Source of the DNA: an uncultured Thermoplasmata archaeon
GTDB taxonomy: Archaea; Thermoplasmatota; Thermoplasmata; UBA10834
Assembly: GCA_963719945.1 (NCBI GenBank)
Contig: CAVRDX010000001.1
Location: forward strand, 544,001 to 608,000
Length of the DNA stretch: 64,000 bases
Reading direction: 5' to 3'
A program made the translations under genes and the position numbers. Below the pieces are notes generated by a model. It did no database searches. It saw only the letters and a list, made by a program, of their open reading frames with translations, and had not been told where the DNA came from. Shown here in pieces: positions 29,853 to 38,723 of the stretch (position 1 is its first letter; every line of letters begins with the position of its first letter).

Positions 29853-29981
29853 GATGTGCTTCCCCCGACATCATATGGCCAAGCGCGTTGATACGCTATG
29901 ACCTTTTCCGGCAGAGATTTGAATCTAGCATATAAATGGCATTTTGTCAGAATAATGAAATAAGCATTCAAGAGTGCAATT

Positions 29982-30019
29982 GACGACCTGCCGGGGAAAT
30001 GCCTTCACCGGCAGGCGTC
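29982..30019. other. Strong GC-rich hairpin between the Cys-rich gene and the MFS gene
   Basis: GACG-a-CCTGCCGG...CCGGCAGG-CGTC inverted repeat. Confidence 0.6.
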
Positions 30020-30146
30020 TAATGGGTTTTCAGGGACCATTGTGGTATGTGTTGCTTTCAAGCACATTGGATATCGTCACACGCGTGCCCAACTGCGATA
30101 TCGTCCTGGAACTTCAGCTTGAAATCACATCTCTGCGGTTTCCAAA

Positions 30147-30500
30147 TCACTGGTTGATGCAGTCCTCATCGCAGACTTCATCACAGACTTCATCGCAGAC
30201 CTGGTCACAGTCTTCAATGCAGTCTTCATCGCAGACCTGGTCACAGTCTTCAATGCAGTCAGGGATACCGTCACCGATTGGCACGCAGTCTTCCGGATCC
30301 TCAATACAAGATCCGTCCTTCAGCTGGTCTTTCTCCATTATCTTATCCGCGTCACCTGCGCTTACAGCAGTGACAGCGGCGAATCCACTGACCAGAAGAG
30401 CTGCACCAAGGGCCATGACTAGCCATGCCTTTCCCTTGACCTTCTTCTGCCCCTTTTCAGCGACGCTCTTCGCAAGGTCGCTCTCGAACTCCGTCCTCAT
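30147..30500 (-). CDS. Secreted/anchored acidic Cys-rich mini-protein with (Cx3)n tail (117 aa)
   Basis: GGAGAGGTGA RBS; hydrophobic signal ending AVSA; tail CIEDCDQVCDEDCIEDCDQVCDEVCDEVCDEDC. Confidence 0.82.
   Translation of the reverse strand: MRTEFESDLAKSVAEKGQKKVKGKAWLVMALGAALLVSGFAAVTAVSAGDADKIMEKDQLKDGSCIEDPEDCVPIGDGIPDCIEDCDQVCDEDCIEDCDQVCDEVCDEVCDEDCINQ
30156..30260. repeat. 12-bp-period tandem repeat (with a 36-bp higher-order duplication) encoding Cx3 units
   Basis: Units such as tcatcgcagact/tcatcacagact; ..tcatcgcagacctggtcacagtcttcaatgcagtc occurs twice. Confidence 0.85.
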
Positions 30501-31034
30501 TGTTTCACCTCTCCTTGGGGAGCCGATGACCGATGGAAACAACCGATTGCTGTCTCCTGGCCATCGAACTCATCTTTGGCTCTATCACGACCAACCGGAA
30601 TGACTATCTAAGTCATTTGTGGGACAAGAATCAAAGGTTAGCACAAATCTCAAAGTTACTTCGGGAGGGATCTGACATCATCTGGACGAAGGAGCCCTTG
30701 TATGCTCCTCTCAAGTGCGGTTCGCATCAATCACATTCTGGATCTCCCTATGCCGCCATATGCTCTCAAGATCATTCATGAATCCAAGGGAACGATAAAT
30801 CTCGAGAGTTCTACTATTCTCCGCGTAGACAGATATGTACAATGAGTTCATACCCAAATCGATCACGCTCCTCATGCCATCCACCTATGGCATCTTGCCA
30901 AAACCTTGGCCTCTATATGCAGGCCTGATGGAGGAATTTCAAAGCAACCAGCATCATTTAATCCTATGGAGCACTTATGATGGAAAACGACTTATTCCAG
31001 AATCCAATGCAGGAACCCGAACGTGTGCAAGATC

Positions 31035-31424
31035 ATGGATAGTAACCAACTCTGGCTCGTCCTCCTTGTGGGCATAGGAGGCGCTTCGGGAAGCATTGCC
31101 CGGTACGTATTCTCAGGCTATTTCACCACAGGTGATTTCCCATGGGGGACCTTCTTCGTCAACGCAACAGGTAGCTTCATGATTGCGTTCTTTTACTTCT
31201 GGGGGCTCAACGCAGGGTTCCTGCAGCCGGAGCTCAGGGTTGCGGTATTTGTCGGCGTCTTTGGGGGATATACAACCACATCGGCATTCAGCCTGGAAAC
31301 GGTATCTATGATCTCAGAATCACAGTGGGGATGGGCTTTCGGCAACATTATCCTCAACGGAGGGGTATGCGTAGTTGCAGCGGTCATCGGAAGGGCTGCC
31401 GGGCTTCTAATGGAGGGAGGTTAG
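31035..31424 (+). CDS. crcB: Fluoride channel FluC/CrcB
   Basis: GGASGSIARY, FPWGTFFVN, GGYTTTSAF. Confidence 0.93.
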   Translation: MDSNQLWLVLLVGIGGASGSIARYVFSGYFTTGDFPWGTFFVNATGSFMIAFFYFWGLNAGFLQPELRVAVFVGVFGGYTTTSAFSLETVSMISESQWGWAFGNIILNGGVCVVAAVIGRAAGLLMEGG

Positions 31425-31754
31425 ATGGAGATAGACGAGAAAGCGTTGTGTCTCAAGATATATGTTGGAGAATCCGACCATCATGAAGGTATCCCAGCCT
31501 ACAAAGCGGTCGTCCATCATCTGAGGGAATGCGGGATATGGGGAGCGACGGTCACGAAGGGGATATATGGATTCGGGAAGCGTAGCAGACTACATGCTGC
31601 CAGTCCCTTAAGGCTCAGTGAAGACCTTCCAATCATGATCGAGGTGGTCGATTCTGAGAAGAAGATACTCGAGGTCATCCCAAGGATTAGCGAGATGGTC
31701 AGAGGCGGTCTGGTCACCGTGCATGATGTCAAAGTGATGAGACACATTGGGTAG
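31425..31754 (+). CDS. DUF190 (PII-like) protein
   Basis: IYVGESD, GATVTKGIYGFG, LSEDLPIMIEVVD; typical crcB neighbour. Confidence 0.9.
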   Translation: MEIDEKALCLKIYVGESDHHEGIPAYKAVVHHLRECGIWGATVTKGIYGFGKRSRLHAASPLRLSEDLPIMIEVVDSEKKILEVIPRISEMVRGGLVTVHDVKVMRHIG

Positions 31755-31771
31755 ACCAACAGTTTAACGCA

Positions 31772-33205
31772 TCAGAGATTAGCCTTTTGAGAAATCCTGC
31801 ATGCGTCTCTAGGGATATGAATGACAAAACGAGCCCCTTCTCCCGGCACTCCATCTTCCTTGATCGTCATTCCACTGACCTTCAGGATTTCGCGAGACAG
31901 GAATAGCCCGTATCCAGTGCCTTTCCCGAATCCCCGTTCGAATATCCGTTCTTTCTCATCACTGGGGATGCCTACGCCATTGTCGGAGTATATGATATCA
32001 TAACCATCATTCGATTCAATGCACTCGACAGAGATTCGACTGATATTACCACCATGGGCAATCGAATCCTCTAGGAGGTTTCTAAAGACCCTGTCAAGTG
32101 CGTAGTCAGAACGAATTTCGATAGCATTAACGCATATCGTGAATTCAACCTCAGGTCTTTGCACAGCAAAGATAGCGGAATCTAGGACTTCCCTCAATGA
32201 CTTCCAGACAGGTATCCCTCCGACCGTCTCCTGATAGCTACTTGAAAACTCTAATTGTCTCATGATGACGTTTGATGCAGTGATGATTCGACCAATGGCT
32301 TTCTTGACCATCTCAGGGTCTCCTTTTCGAGCCAGGTCAGCATATCCTATGATGGCATTCAATTGGTTGAACGTGTCGTGCTTAATCAGATGGGTCATTA
32401 GCTCCAATTTCTTATTTGCCTGCCGTAGAGCCTGCTCATTCATCACCCGTTCAGTGACATCGCGACTGATACCCTCTATCATCACCACATCACCTGATTC
32501 GTCCTTTATGAAGCCCCATCGATCTTCGGCCCAGAGCACCGTCCCATCTCTTCTGACCCACCTCAATGTCAATGGCTGCTTGAATTCATCGACATCTGCA
32601 AATGCATGATTGAGCTTCTCTGCATCCTCTGGGTGGATGCATCTGAATAGAAGATCCGGATCGGAATAGAATTCTTCAGGGGTGTAGCCAACCCAATCAA
32701 TCGATGCATTGTTCATATACTCAACCTTGATCACAGGCTTCATCAGGACCCTCCAAATCAGGTCCGGGACGGTCTGTGCCAATCTCTGAAAACGGTCCCA
32801 CATTTCTGCTCTGGATCGTTCAGCAAGCACGGTCTCATATGATTTAAAGATCAGATTTGACAATTCGGAAATCATGCGAGGTGTATCCGTCGATTTCTGG
32901 ACATAGAAATCGGCACCCTCATTCAACGCTTGCATCGCAACATCCTCCTTTCCTCGACCAGTTAGGAGGATGAATGGGGTATCGTTCCCTTCGCTGCGGA
33001 GAACCTTCAGTAGCTCGATACCATCCATCTCAGGCATCTGGTAATCCGACACTACAACATCAAACTCATCAGCTCTGATGCGTGACAATGCTTCGAGCAC
33101 GGCAAGAGATATCTCCACGGCAATGTCCTCCTTCTTCTCAAGAAGGACCTTCATCACGTCAGCCATGGACTCCTCATCGTCAATGTACAGGACCTTGATA
33201 GTCAT
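31772..33205 (-). CDS. Hybrid sensor: REC-PAS-histidine kinase
   Basis: SDYQMP REC domain; IHPED PAS/PAC; KHDTFN H-box; DNGVG, GYGL. Confidence 0.92.
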   Translation of the reverse strand: MTIKVLYIDDEESMADVMKVLLEKKEDIAVEISLAVLEALSRIRADEFDVVVSDYQMPEMDGIELLKVLRSEGNDTPFILLTGRGKEDVAMQALNEGADFYVQKSTDTPRMISELSNLIFKSYETVLAERSRAEMWDRFQRLAQTVPDLIWRVLMKPVIKVEYMNNASIDWVGYTPEEFYSDPDLLFRCIHPEDAEKLNHAFADVDEFKQPLTLRWVRRDGTVLWAEDRWGFIKDESGDVVMIEGISRDVTERVMNEQALRQANKKLELMTHLIKHDTFNQLNAIIGYADLARKGDPEMVKKAIGRIITASNVIMRQLEFSSSYQETVGGIPVWKSLREVLDSAIFAVQRPEVEFTICVNAIEIRSDYALDRVFRNLLEDSIAHGGNISRISVECIESNDGYDIIYSDNGVGIPSDEKERIFERGFGKGTGYGLFLSREILKVSGMTIKEDGVPGEGARFVIHIPRDACRISQKANL

Positions 33206-33466
33206 CGATTCACCGTCTTTTCGCAGACTAGTAGATCTAGTCAGGTCAATTTTCGAACCTCTAGGTCAACCTAGGATGATGCCGGTATTGATGAGATAAA
33301 TAGAAACATAAAACGCTGTAAAGTTTTCTGCCCGACATACAAAACACAGGCGTACACAATAATACATCCAAGTACAATTCTCTTGAATTCGAACACATTA
33401 TGTCATTCACTCTAATTCATCAATCCTGATAGGATAGATGACAAGGAAGTCAGTACTCGATCTCAT

Positions 33467-34030
33467 CTAGCCGTTCTCAATCATGTCATCGAGATGGAGG
33501 ACCATGAAGATGTCGTCATAATAGTGACCACATTCCTTCACCGCATGAGGTAGGCAACCCACCCGCCTAAAACCGAGCTTCTCATATAGCGCGATTGCGC
33601 GCGAATTGTAGCTATAAGTCACTAGGTCGATCAATTCCAGACCTGACATTCGTTTGCGCGCAAGAGCGACCGTAGTCCTCATCATAGCCTCTCCGATGCC
33701 TCTCCCACGTGCACACTTGTTGATCGCAATGCCAATTTGAGCCCTATGCTTCTCTTTCCACATGCGCCGCTGCACGCTACAGTTGCCGACTATTCTATCG
33801 TCTATCTCAAGGATGAGCATGACCATGGACCTTTTCCGTATCTGTCCGAGGAGAGCTTCAAGCCATGCTTCTTCAGCCTTCAAAGTCATAGGGCGAGTAA
33901 ATGGAATGCCAGACATCGGCTCTCGGATTATCTGGTTGATGAACCTCATCAACTGCTTTGCATCAGTCGATCTCGGTTCCCTCAGAACGATTTCTGAGCC
34001 ATCTTTGGCTCTGAGATGGTAACTGACCAT
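33467..34030 (-). CDS. GNAT acetyltransferase (RimJ/YhhY-like)
   Basis: ARGRGIG; NSRAIALYEKLGF. Confidence 0.9.
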   Translation of the reverse strand: MVSYHLRAKDGSEIVLREPRSTDAKQLMRFINQIIREPMSGIPFTRPMTLKAEEAWLEALLGQIRKRSMVMLILEIDDRIVGNCSVQRRMWKEKHRAQIGIAINKCARGRGIGEAMMRTTVALARKRMSGLELIDLVTYSYNSRAIALYEKLGFRRVGCLPHAVKECGHYYDDIFMVLHLDDMIENG

Positions 34031-34109
34031 ATGGATAATGTAATCGCTAGCGGAGTATTAGTCTTCTCACAATAGTACTGTCAGAATCCCTGCGGATAGT
34101 CATCCATCT

Positions 34110-34589
34110 TCAAGAACAGAGCTTCTTTGCGAGCGTTGCGACTCTCTTCCCGAGCGCCATGCAGGATTTTATCTCCACAGTCTTCGGAGACTCGACGGCT
34201 GTCGCGCCATAGTGCTTGTTATCGTATCTGCCCTGGACCACCATCCCATGGATCAGAAGAGCATGCGTCATGGATAGCAGGGTCGTTTCCGCACCACATG
34301 CCGTGTCTCCAGAGCTGGTGAACACTCCACCCACCTTCCCGACCAGCTTACCATGAATCTTAAAGGAAGTATCGATAAACTCCTTGAGCTTTCCCGACAT
34401 CCCACCGTAGTATGTCGGAGACCCCAGTATGATGCCATCCGCATCCAGGAGATCATTCAGGCGCACCTTTCCGACCATCTTGACCGTTACTTCAGTGTTC
34501 GCGACTCCCTTGGCACCTTCTGCTACTGCCAGGGCCATCTTCTCAGTATTTCCCGTTCTTGAGTCATATACAACCAATATCTTCGTCAT
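34110..34589 (-). CDS. Flavodoxin/WrbA-family NAD(P)H oxidoreductase
   Basis: YDSRTGNTEKMA, GSPTYYG, FTSSG. Confidence 0.92.
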   Translation of the reverse strand: MTKILVVYDSRTGNTEKMALAVAEGAKGVANTEVTVKMVGKVRLNDLLDADGIILGSPTYYGGMSGKLKEFIDTSFKIHGKLVGKVGGVFTSSGDTACGAETTLLSMTHALLIHGMVVQGRYDNKHYGATAVESPKTVEIKSCMALGKRVATLAKKLCS

Positions 34590-34740
34590 ATCGAACACCA
34601 CCGCTTAAACGCGATTTTATAATCGTCGGACAAGTACTTGAACAATCTGTCGAATCCAAGATCGAGTTGCCTTCGGATTACAAGTGCCTCGAATCGATGC
34701 ATGTGAATCATTTAATTCCAACATAGGGATTACCGTTCCA

Positions 34741-35073
34741 ATGAAGAAAGTAAGTCTCGATAAATTCGAAGCAACTAAGCCAGAAGGGACCAAGGGTGTT
34801 GATTTCAGACCAATGCTTGCCCAGAATGTCGATCCACCGAACTTTTATCTCAGAGTGTTCGACATCTCGCCAGGTGGGTACACGCCCAGACATACTCACG
34901 ACTGGGAACACGAGATCTTTGTAGTAAAGGGAACGGGAAAGATCTCATTGAGCAATAGAGATGAGATCATCTCAGAAGGAGATGCCATCTATGTGGAACC
35001 AAATGAATTGCACCAATTCCTCAACGATGGGGCAACCCTCATGCGAATGATATGTGTGGTCCCGAGACAATGA
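34741..35073 (+). CDS. Cupin domain protein
   Basis: HTHDWEHE..G..PNELH. Confidence 0.92.
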   Translation: MKKVSLDKFEATKPEGTKGVDFRPMLAQNVDPPNFYLRVFDISPGGYTPRHTHDWEHEIFVVKGTGKISLSNRDEIISEGDAIYVEPNELHQFLNDGATLMRMICVVPRQ

Positions 35074-35295
35074 CCCACCTGAGGATGGCACCTCGAGGAC
35101 CCACGCGCTAATTGTGATTGCTTTCATGGCCATCGCAATCTATCGAATTCAAAGAGCATCCCAAGAGAGATCTGCATAGCAGGAGAAAGCATCCAAATCA
35201 CAAGGATTCAACTTCACCATGACGGGATCAGTCGCTGGGACAATCACCCATTGGATCCAGGGCATCAATCTGATTCATAATAGCGCACAGGAGCA

Positions 35296-35814
35296 TCATC
35301 TCATCCTGGACCGCCCGGCGAGCATGTATATGATATCCTGTCGTGTGATTATGCCTATGACTTTCTCAGCCTTTACGACCGGAAGTCGATTGACCCCAAA
35401 TTCGGCCATCAATTTCAATGCTCGATCCAGAGAATCGTTTGCCCCCAATGAATACAATGGTCGTCCTGTCTCAAGCAAGGATGACACTCGACTCTCTGCG
35501 ACCGCACTGATGCTCGAAGTGATCTCTCTCAGAGATTCCGTGTCAGTCGCGGATGTATCGCCATCAGCACTGGTTGCTTTCCGCAATGCATCGGCTTTAC
35601 TGTATCTCTCGAAAATCCATCTGAGTATATCAGTCGTGCTGAGTATTCCAACAAAAACTCCGTCATCGTTCAACACAGGCGCACCAGAGATTTCATGCTC
35701 CATGAGCTTCAGCCAGCATTCTAGAACGTGGTCTGACGACTTCAATGAGATGACGTTCACATTCATCACATTCTGGACGCTCATGTAGCGAATCCTATCC
35801 AAATCTCCCGGCAT
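35296..35814 (-). CDS. CBS domain pair protein
   Basis: ISGAPVL..GILSTTD; RLPVV..GIITRQD. Confidence 0.9.
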   Translation of the reverse strand: MPGDLDRIRYMSVQNVMNVNVISLKSSDHVLECWLKLMEHEISGAPVLNDDGVFVGILSTTDILRWIFERYSKADALRKATSADGDTSATDTESLREITSSISAVAESRVSSLLETGRPLYSLGANDSLDRALKLMAEFGVNRLPVVKAEKVIGIITRQDIIYMLAGRSRMR

Positions 35815-35880
35815 CGCTGTCGATCTCCACTATTTGATAATGTACGGCACGCATAGATTACCCTTTCTCAATGGTCTGTC

Positions 35881-36978
35881 TCATACATCAGGCCGGCGAT
35901 TCGAGGGACGGCTTGACACCGGATCCGCCATTCCAAGGATCTTGCGGAGTAGTGCACCATAATGACCGTCCCTAAGTTCCTTTGCTGCAGCCGTCGAGAC
36001 CAATGAGATGATCGGATCGCCTTTCAATACATCTGCCTCAATCAATGGCTTCATCATACGCTGCATCTCAGAAAGGTAGTCGCGATAATCCTTGAACATG
36101 TACGTGGTATGGGCCTCATAGTCTCTCTCCAGAGTGTACCAAGAGAGGTTTATCCAATCACCACACGAGAGCTCTCTTCGCACGTCCAGATCAATATCCG
36201 GTCTAAAACGCAGATGAACATAAGCTATGAGATCGATGTTCCATAGAACCAACGGAATCATGCAGACTCGCTTGTACATCCCTTTCCGTTCTAGCCTTTT
36301 GCGCACATTCGTGACAGTCTGCCTAGAACGGCCCATCAGATGACCCAATTGAGCATCGCTGGCATGTGGATACTCGACAAGGTTTACAAGGGTCCGCTTC
36401 TCGACCAGGGATAGCTCCGTTGTGTGAACATCAAATTTCAACGGAAGGTTCGGCTCGGGTCTCGGCGCATCAATCCCGAATATCCGGTGTAGCGCTGGCG
36501 CGAAATTGTATGTATAGCACACATTCGAGATTTCAAGCGGGAAGAATGCGGCCCGAAGATCAGCCTTCTCGCTCGATTGAATGTCTGAAAAGCATCGTTC
36601 GTATCGATCGATGGCGAGTAGATAGTCTGAGAAGCCTCTGTACACTCCGCTCATCATGATGAATCCCTCGCCAGAGGCGCTGTCGAATATCTCAGGGGTC
36701 CGATCGAGGAATCTGAGATGCGCCGAATCCTTCACATCCTTTGGAACCGCAGGATTGGTCGTCCCATATAATTGAACAAAAATCGTACAGCCCAGCTTAT
36801 GAAATGCGGGAGTGTTTGCGAAGTATATGTGTCTCGAATCCATCAGCCTTCTTCGTATCGATGACGCGGTGCTCTCCTTTATCCCAGACCGTCGAGCCAA
36901 AGCTGCATCCGTGAGGTTGGCGTCTCGCATAAGCCAGTAAATGACGAGCATCTCGGATTCTCTAAGCGGCCTTTCCAT
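35881..36978 (-). CDS. Putative transcriptional regulator with two tandem wHTH/Lrp-like modules
   Basis: DANLTDAALARRSGIKESTASSIRRRL; PHASDAQLGHLMGRSRQTVTNVRKRLE. Confidence 0.75.
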   Translation of the reverse strand: MERPLRESEMLVIYWLMRDANLTDAALARRSGIKESTASSIRRRLMDSRHIYFANTPAFHKLGCTIFVQLYGTTNPAVPKDVKDSAHLRFLDRTPEIFDSASGEGFIMMSGVYRGFSDYLLAIDRYERCFSDIQSSEKADLRAAFFPLEISNVCYTYNFAPALHRIFGIDAPRPEPNLPLKFDVHTTELSLVEKRTLVNLVEYPHASDAQLGHLMGRSRQTVTNVRKRLERKGMYKRVCMIPLVLWNIDLIAYVHLRFRPDIDLDVRRELSCGDWINLSWYTLERDYEAHTTYMFKDYRDYLSEMQRMMKPLIEADVLKGDPIISLVSTAAAKELRDGHYGALLRKILGMADPVSSRPSNRRPDV

Positions 36979-37070
36979 GGTGACCTAATGGTCACTCACA
37001 TAAGAGAATGTTGCCTTGGAAAGACGCGCGGTCATCCACCAAAGACTCGTCAGAAACGCATTGTGAGAGC

Positions 37071-38447
37071 CTAGACCAGCTCTTTCAGAGTCTTCTTTAC
37101 AGCAGATTCAAAGATGTCCAGACCAAGATCGAGCTGTTCGTCGGATATTATTATGGGCGGGGCGATCCTGAATACGTTCCCATACATACCTGCAGTTATC
37201 ATCATCAGACCTTTCCGCCAGACCTGACCCTGCATCCTTGGAACGAGCATTGGCTCCTTTGTGCTCTTGCTCTTGACCATCTCGACACCGATCATAAGGC
37301 CCTTTCCGCGGACATCTCCGATGATCTCATATTTGTCCTTCATCTCGTTCAATCTCTTGAGCGCATGTGCACCCAATATCTTTGCTCGGGTCGACAGGTC
37401 CTGCTCAATGATCTCCCTGACGTGCGCCAATCCGGCTGCCATGCTTATTCCATTCCCGCCGAATGTCGAAGAATGTGAGCCTGGTCGCCAGACCCCCATT
37501 ATCTCCTTCTTCGCAATTATTCCTCCGAGTGGGATTCCGCCACCAAGTGCCTTCCCTGTGATGAGGATATCGGGTATAGTCGAAGTAGAATCGCACTCCC
37601 AAAGCTCGCCCGTCCGCGCGAGCCCAGTCTGTATTTCATCAGCGACCAGGAGCATCTTTCTCTGATCACACAGTCTCCTCAGTCGCGGCATGAATTCCGG
37701 AGGCGGGACGATATAGCCGCCTTCTCCCTGCAATGGCTCCACGAATATCGATGCGACTGACCCGCTTGGGCCACCGTAGTCCAGTATTCCGTTCTCGAGG
37801 TATTCCATGCAGGCCATGCCACAAGATGGATATTCCTGCTTGAACCAGCACCTGTAGCAATACGGATATGGGGCAAAATGCACGCCGGGTGTGAAGGGAC
37901 CGTGACCATACTTGTACTTCACCCTGCTGGCGAGCGCCAATGCGTTGCCTATTCGGCCATGATACGCACCCATAAATGCGATATGCTCACCAGATTTCGA
38001 ATAGTATCTAGACAGCTTGATCGCAGCCTCGACGCCCTCGGCTCCGCTGTTGCCGAAGAAAGTGTTTGTCAGGGCGCCTCCAGGAGATATCTTTGCCAAT
38101 AGTTCGGCGAACTCAGCCTCCTTGTCAAAATAGGCATCGTTTGCCAATGAATGAATCAGGTCACCTGCCTGCTCCCGTATAGCCTCGACGACCCGAGGAT
38201 TGGACCACCCTGCATTCATCACAGAGATGCCAGCAGAGAAATCCAAATACACGTTGCCATCTGCATCCATTATTGCTGCGCCGGATGAACGCTTCATGGT
38301 GAACTGAAACATTCGATCGTATGCATGTGAAACGAATTCTCGGTCCTTTTCAATGATTGTCTTGCTTGCCGGACCAGGCGGTGGAACGACAAGTTTCGGT
38401 GCGTTCCTTGCCCAACCTGCAACCCATTCTGGAAGACTCAGATCCAT
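37071..38447 (-). CDS. Class III PLP aminotransferase (GABA/putrescine/ornithine family)
   Basis: NSGAEGVE, YHGR, EPLQGEGG, DEIQTGLARTG, GKALGGG, STFGGN. Confidence 0.94.
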   Translation of the reverse strand: MDLSLPEWVAGWARNAPKLVVPPPGPASKTIIEKDREFVSHAYDRMFQFTMKRSSGAAIMDADGNVYLDFSAGISVMNAGWSNPRVVEAIREQAGDLIHSLANDAYFDKEAEFAELLAKISPGGALTNTFFGNSGAEGVEAAIKLSRYYSKSGEHIAFMGAYHGRIGNALALASRVKYKYGHGPFTPGVHFAPYPYCYRCWFKQEYPSCGMACMEYLENGILDYGGPSGSVASIFVEPLQGEGGYIVPPPEFMPRLRRLCDQRKMLLVADEIQTGLARTGELWECDSTSTIPDILITGKALGGGIPLGGIIAKKEIMGVWRPGSHSSTFGGNGISMAAGLAHVREIIEQDLSTRAKILGAHALKRLNEMKDKYEIIGDVRGKGLMIGVEMVKSKSTKEPMLVPRMQGQVWRKGLMMITAGMYGNVFRIAPPIIISDEQLDLGLDIFESAVKKTLKELV

Positions 38448-38723
38448 GAAATCCCCGATCCGAGGAGGTCGTCCATAAATGACCACGCTCCTCACGGGTG
38501 CGTACTGCGCGCAATGGATATCAAGATTGCTGACATTTTTCCATACTGGCATGGACCAATCAATATCGACAATTCACGGCTCTACACCATACATCTCATG
38601 GATTCTGCAACCCCGCATATCCGCGTGATAACGATTGCCCTTTTCTGAGACATGATATCTGGGATTATGCTAGGTGGGAACCTCGATGCATCGATCAGAA
38701 GCTGATATCCTGTCCCAGACCGA

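Noticed and set aside
30156-30260. CRISPR-like array
   Set aside because: Contiguous 12-bp coding repeats without spacers; no cas genes.
29974-30603. 209-aa plus-strand ORF with SSQT repeats
   Set aside because: Antisense shadow of the Cys-rich gene, which has the RBS and signal peptide.
30780-31035. Fluoride riboswitch upstream of crcB
   Set aside because: No match seen to the GGCGATGR..CGCC / GCTRATGRC pattern; a covariance-model scan would settle it.
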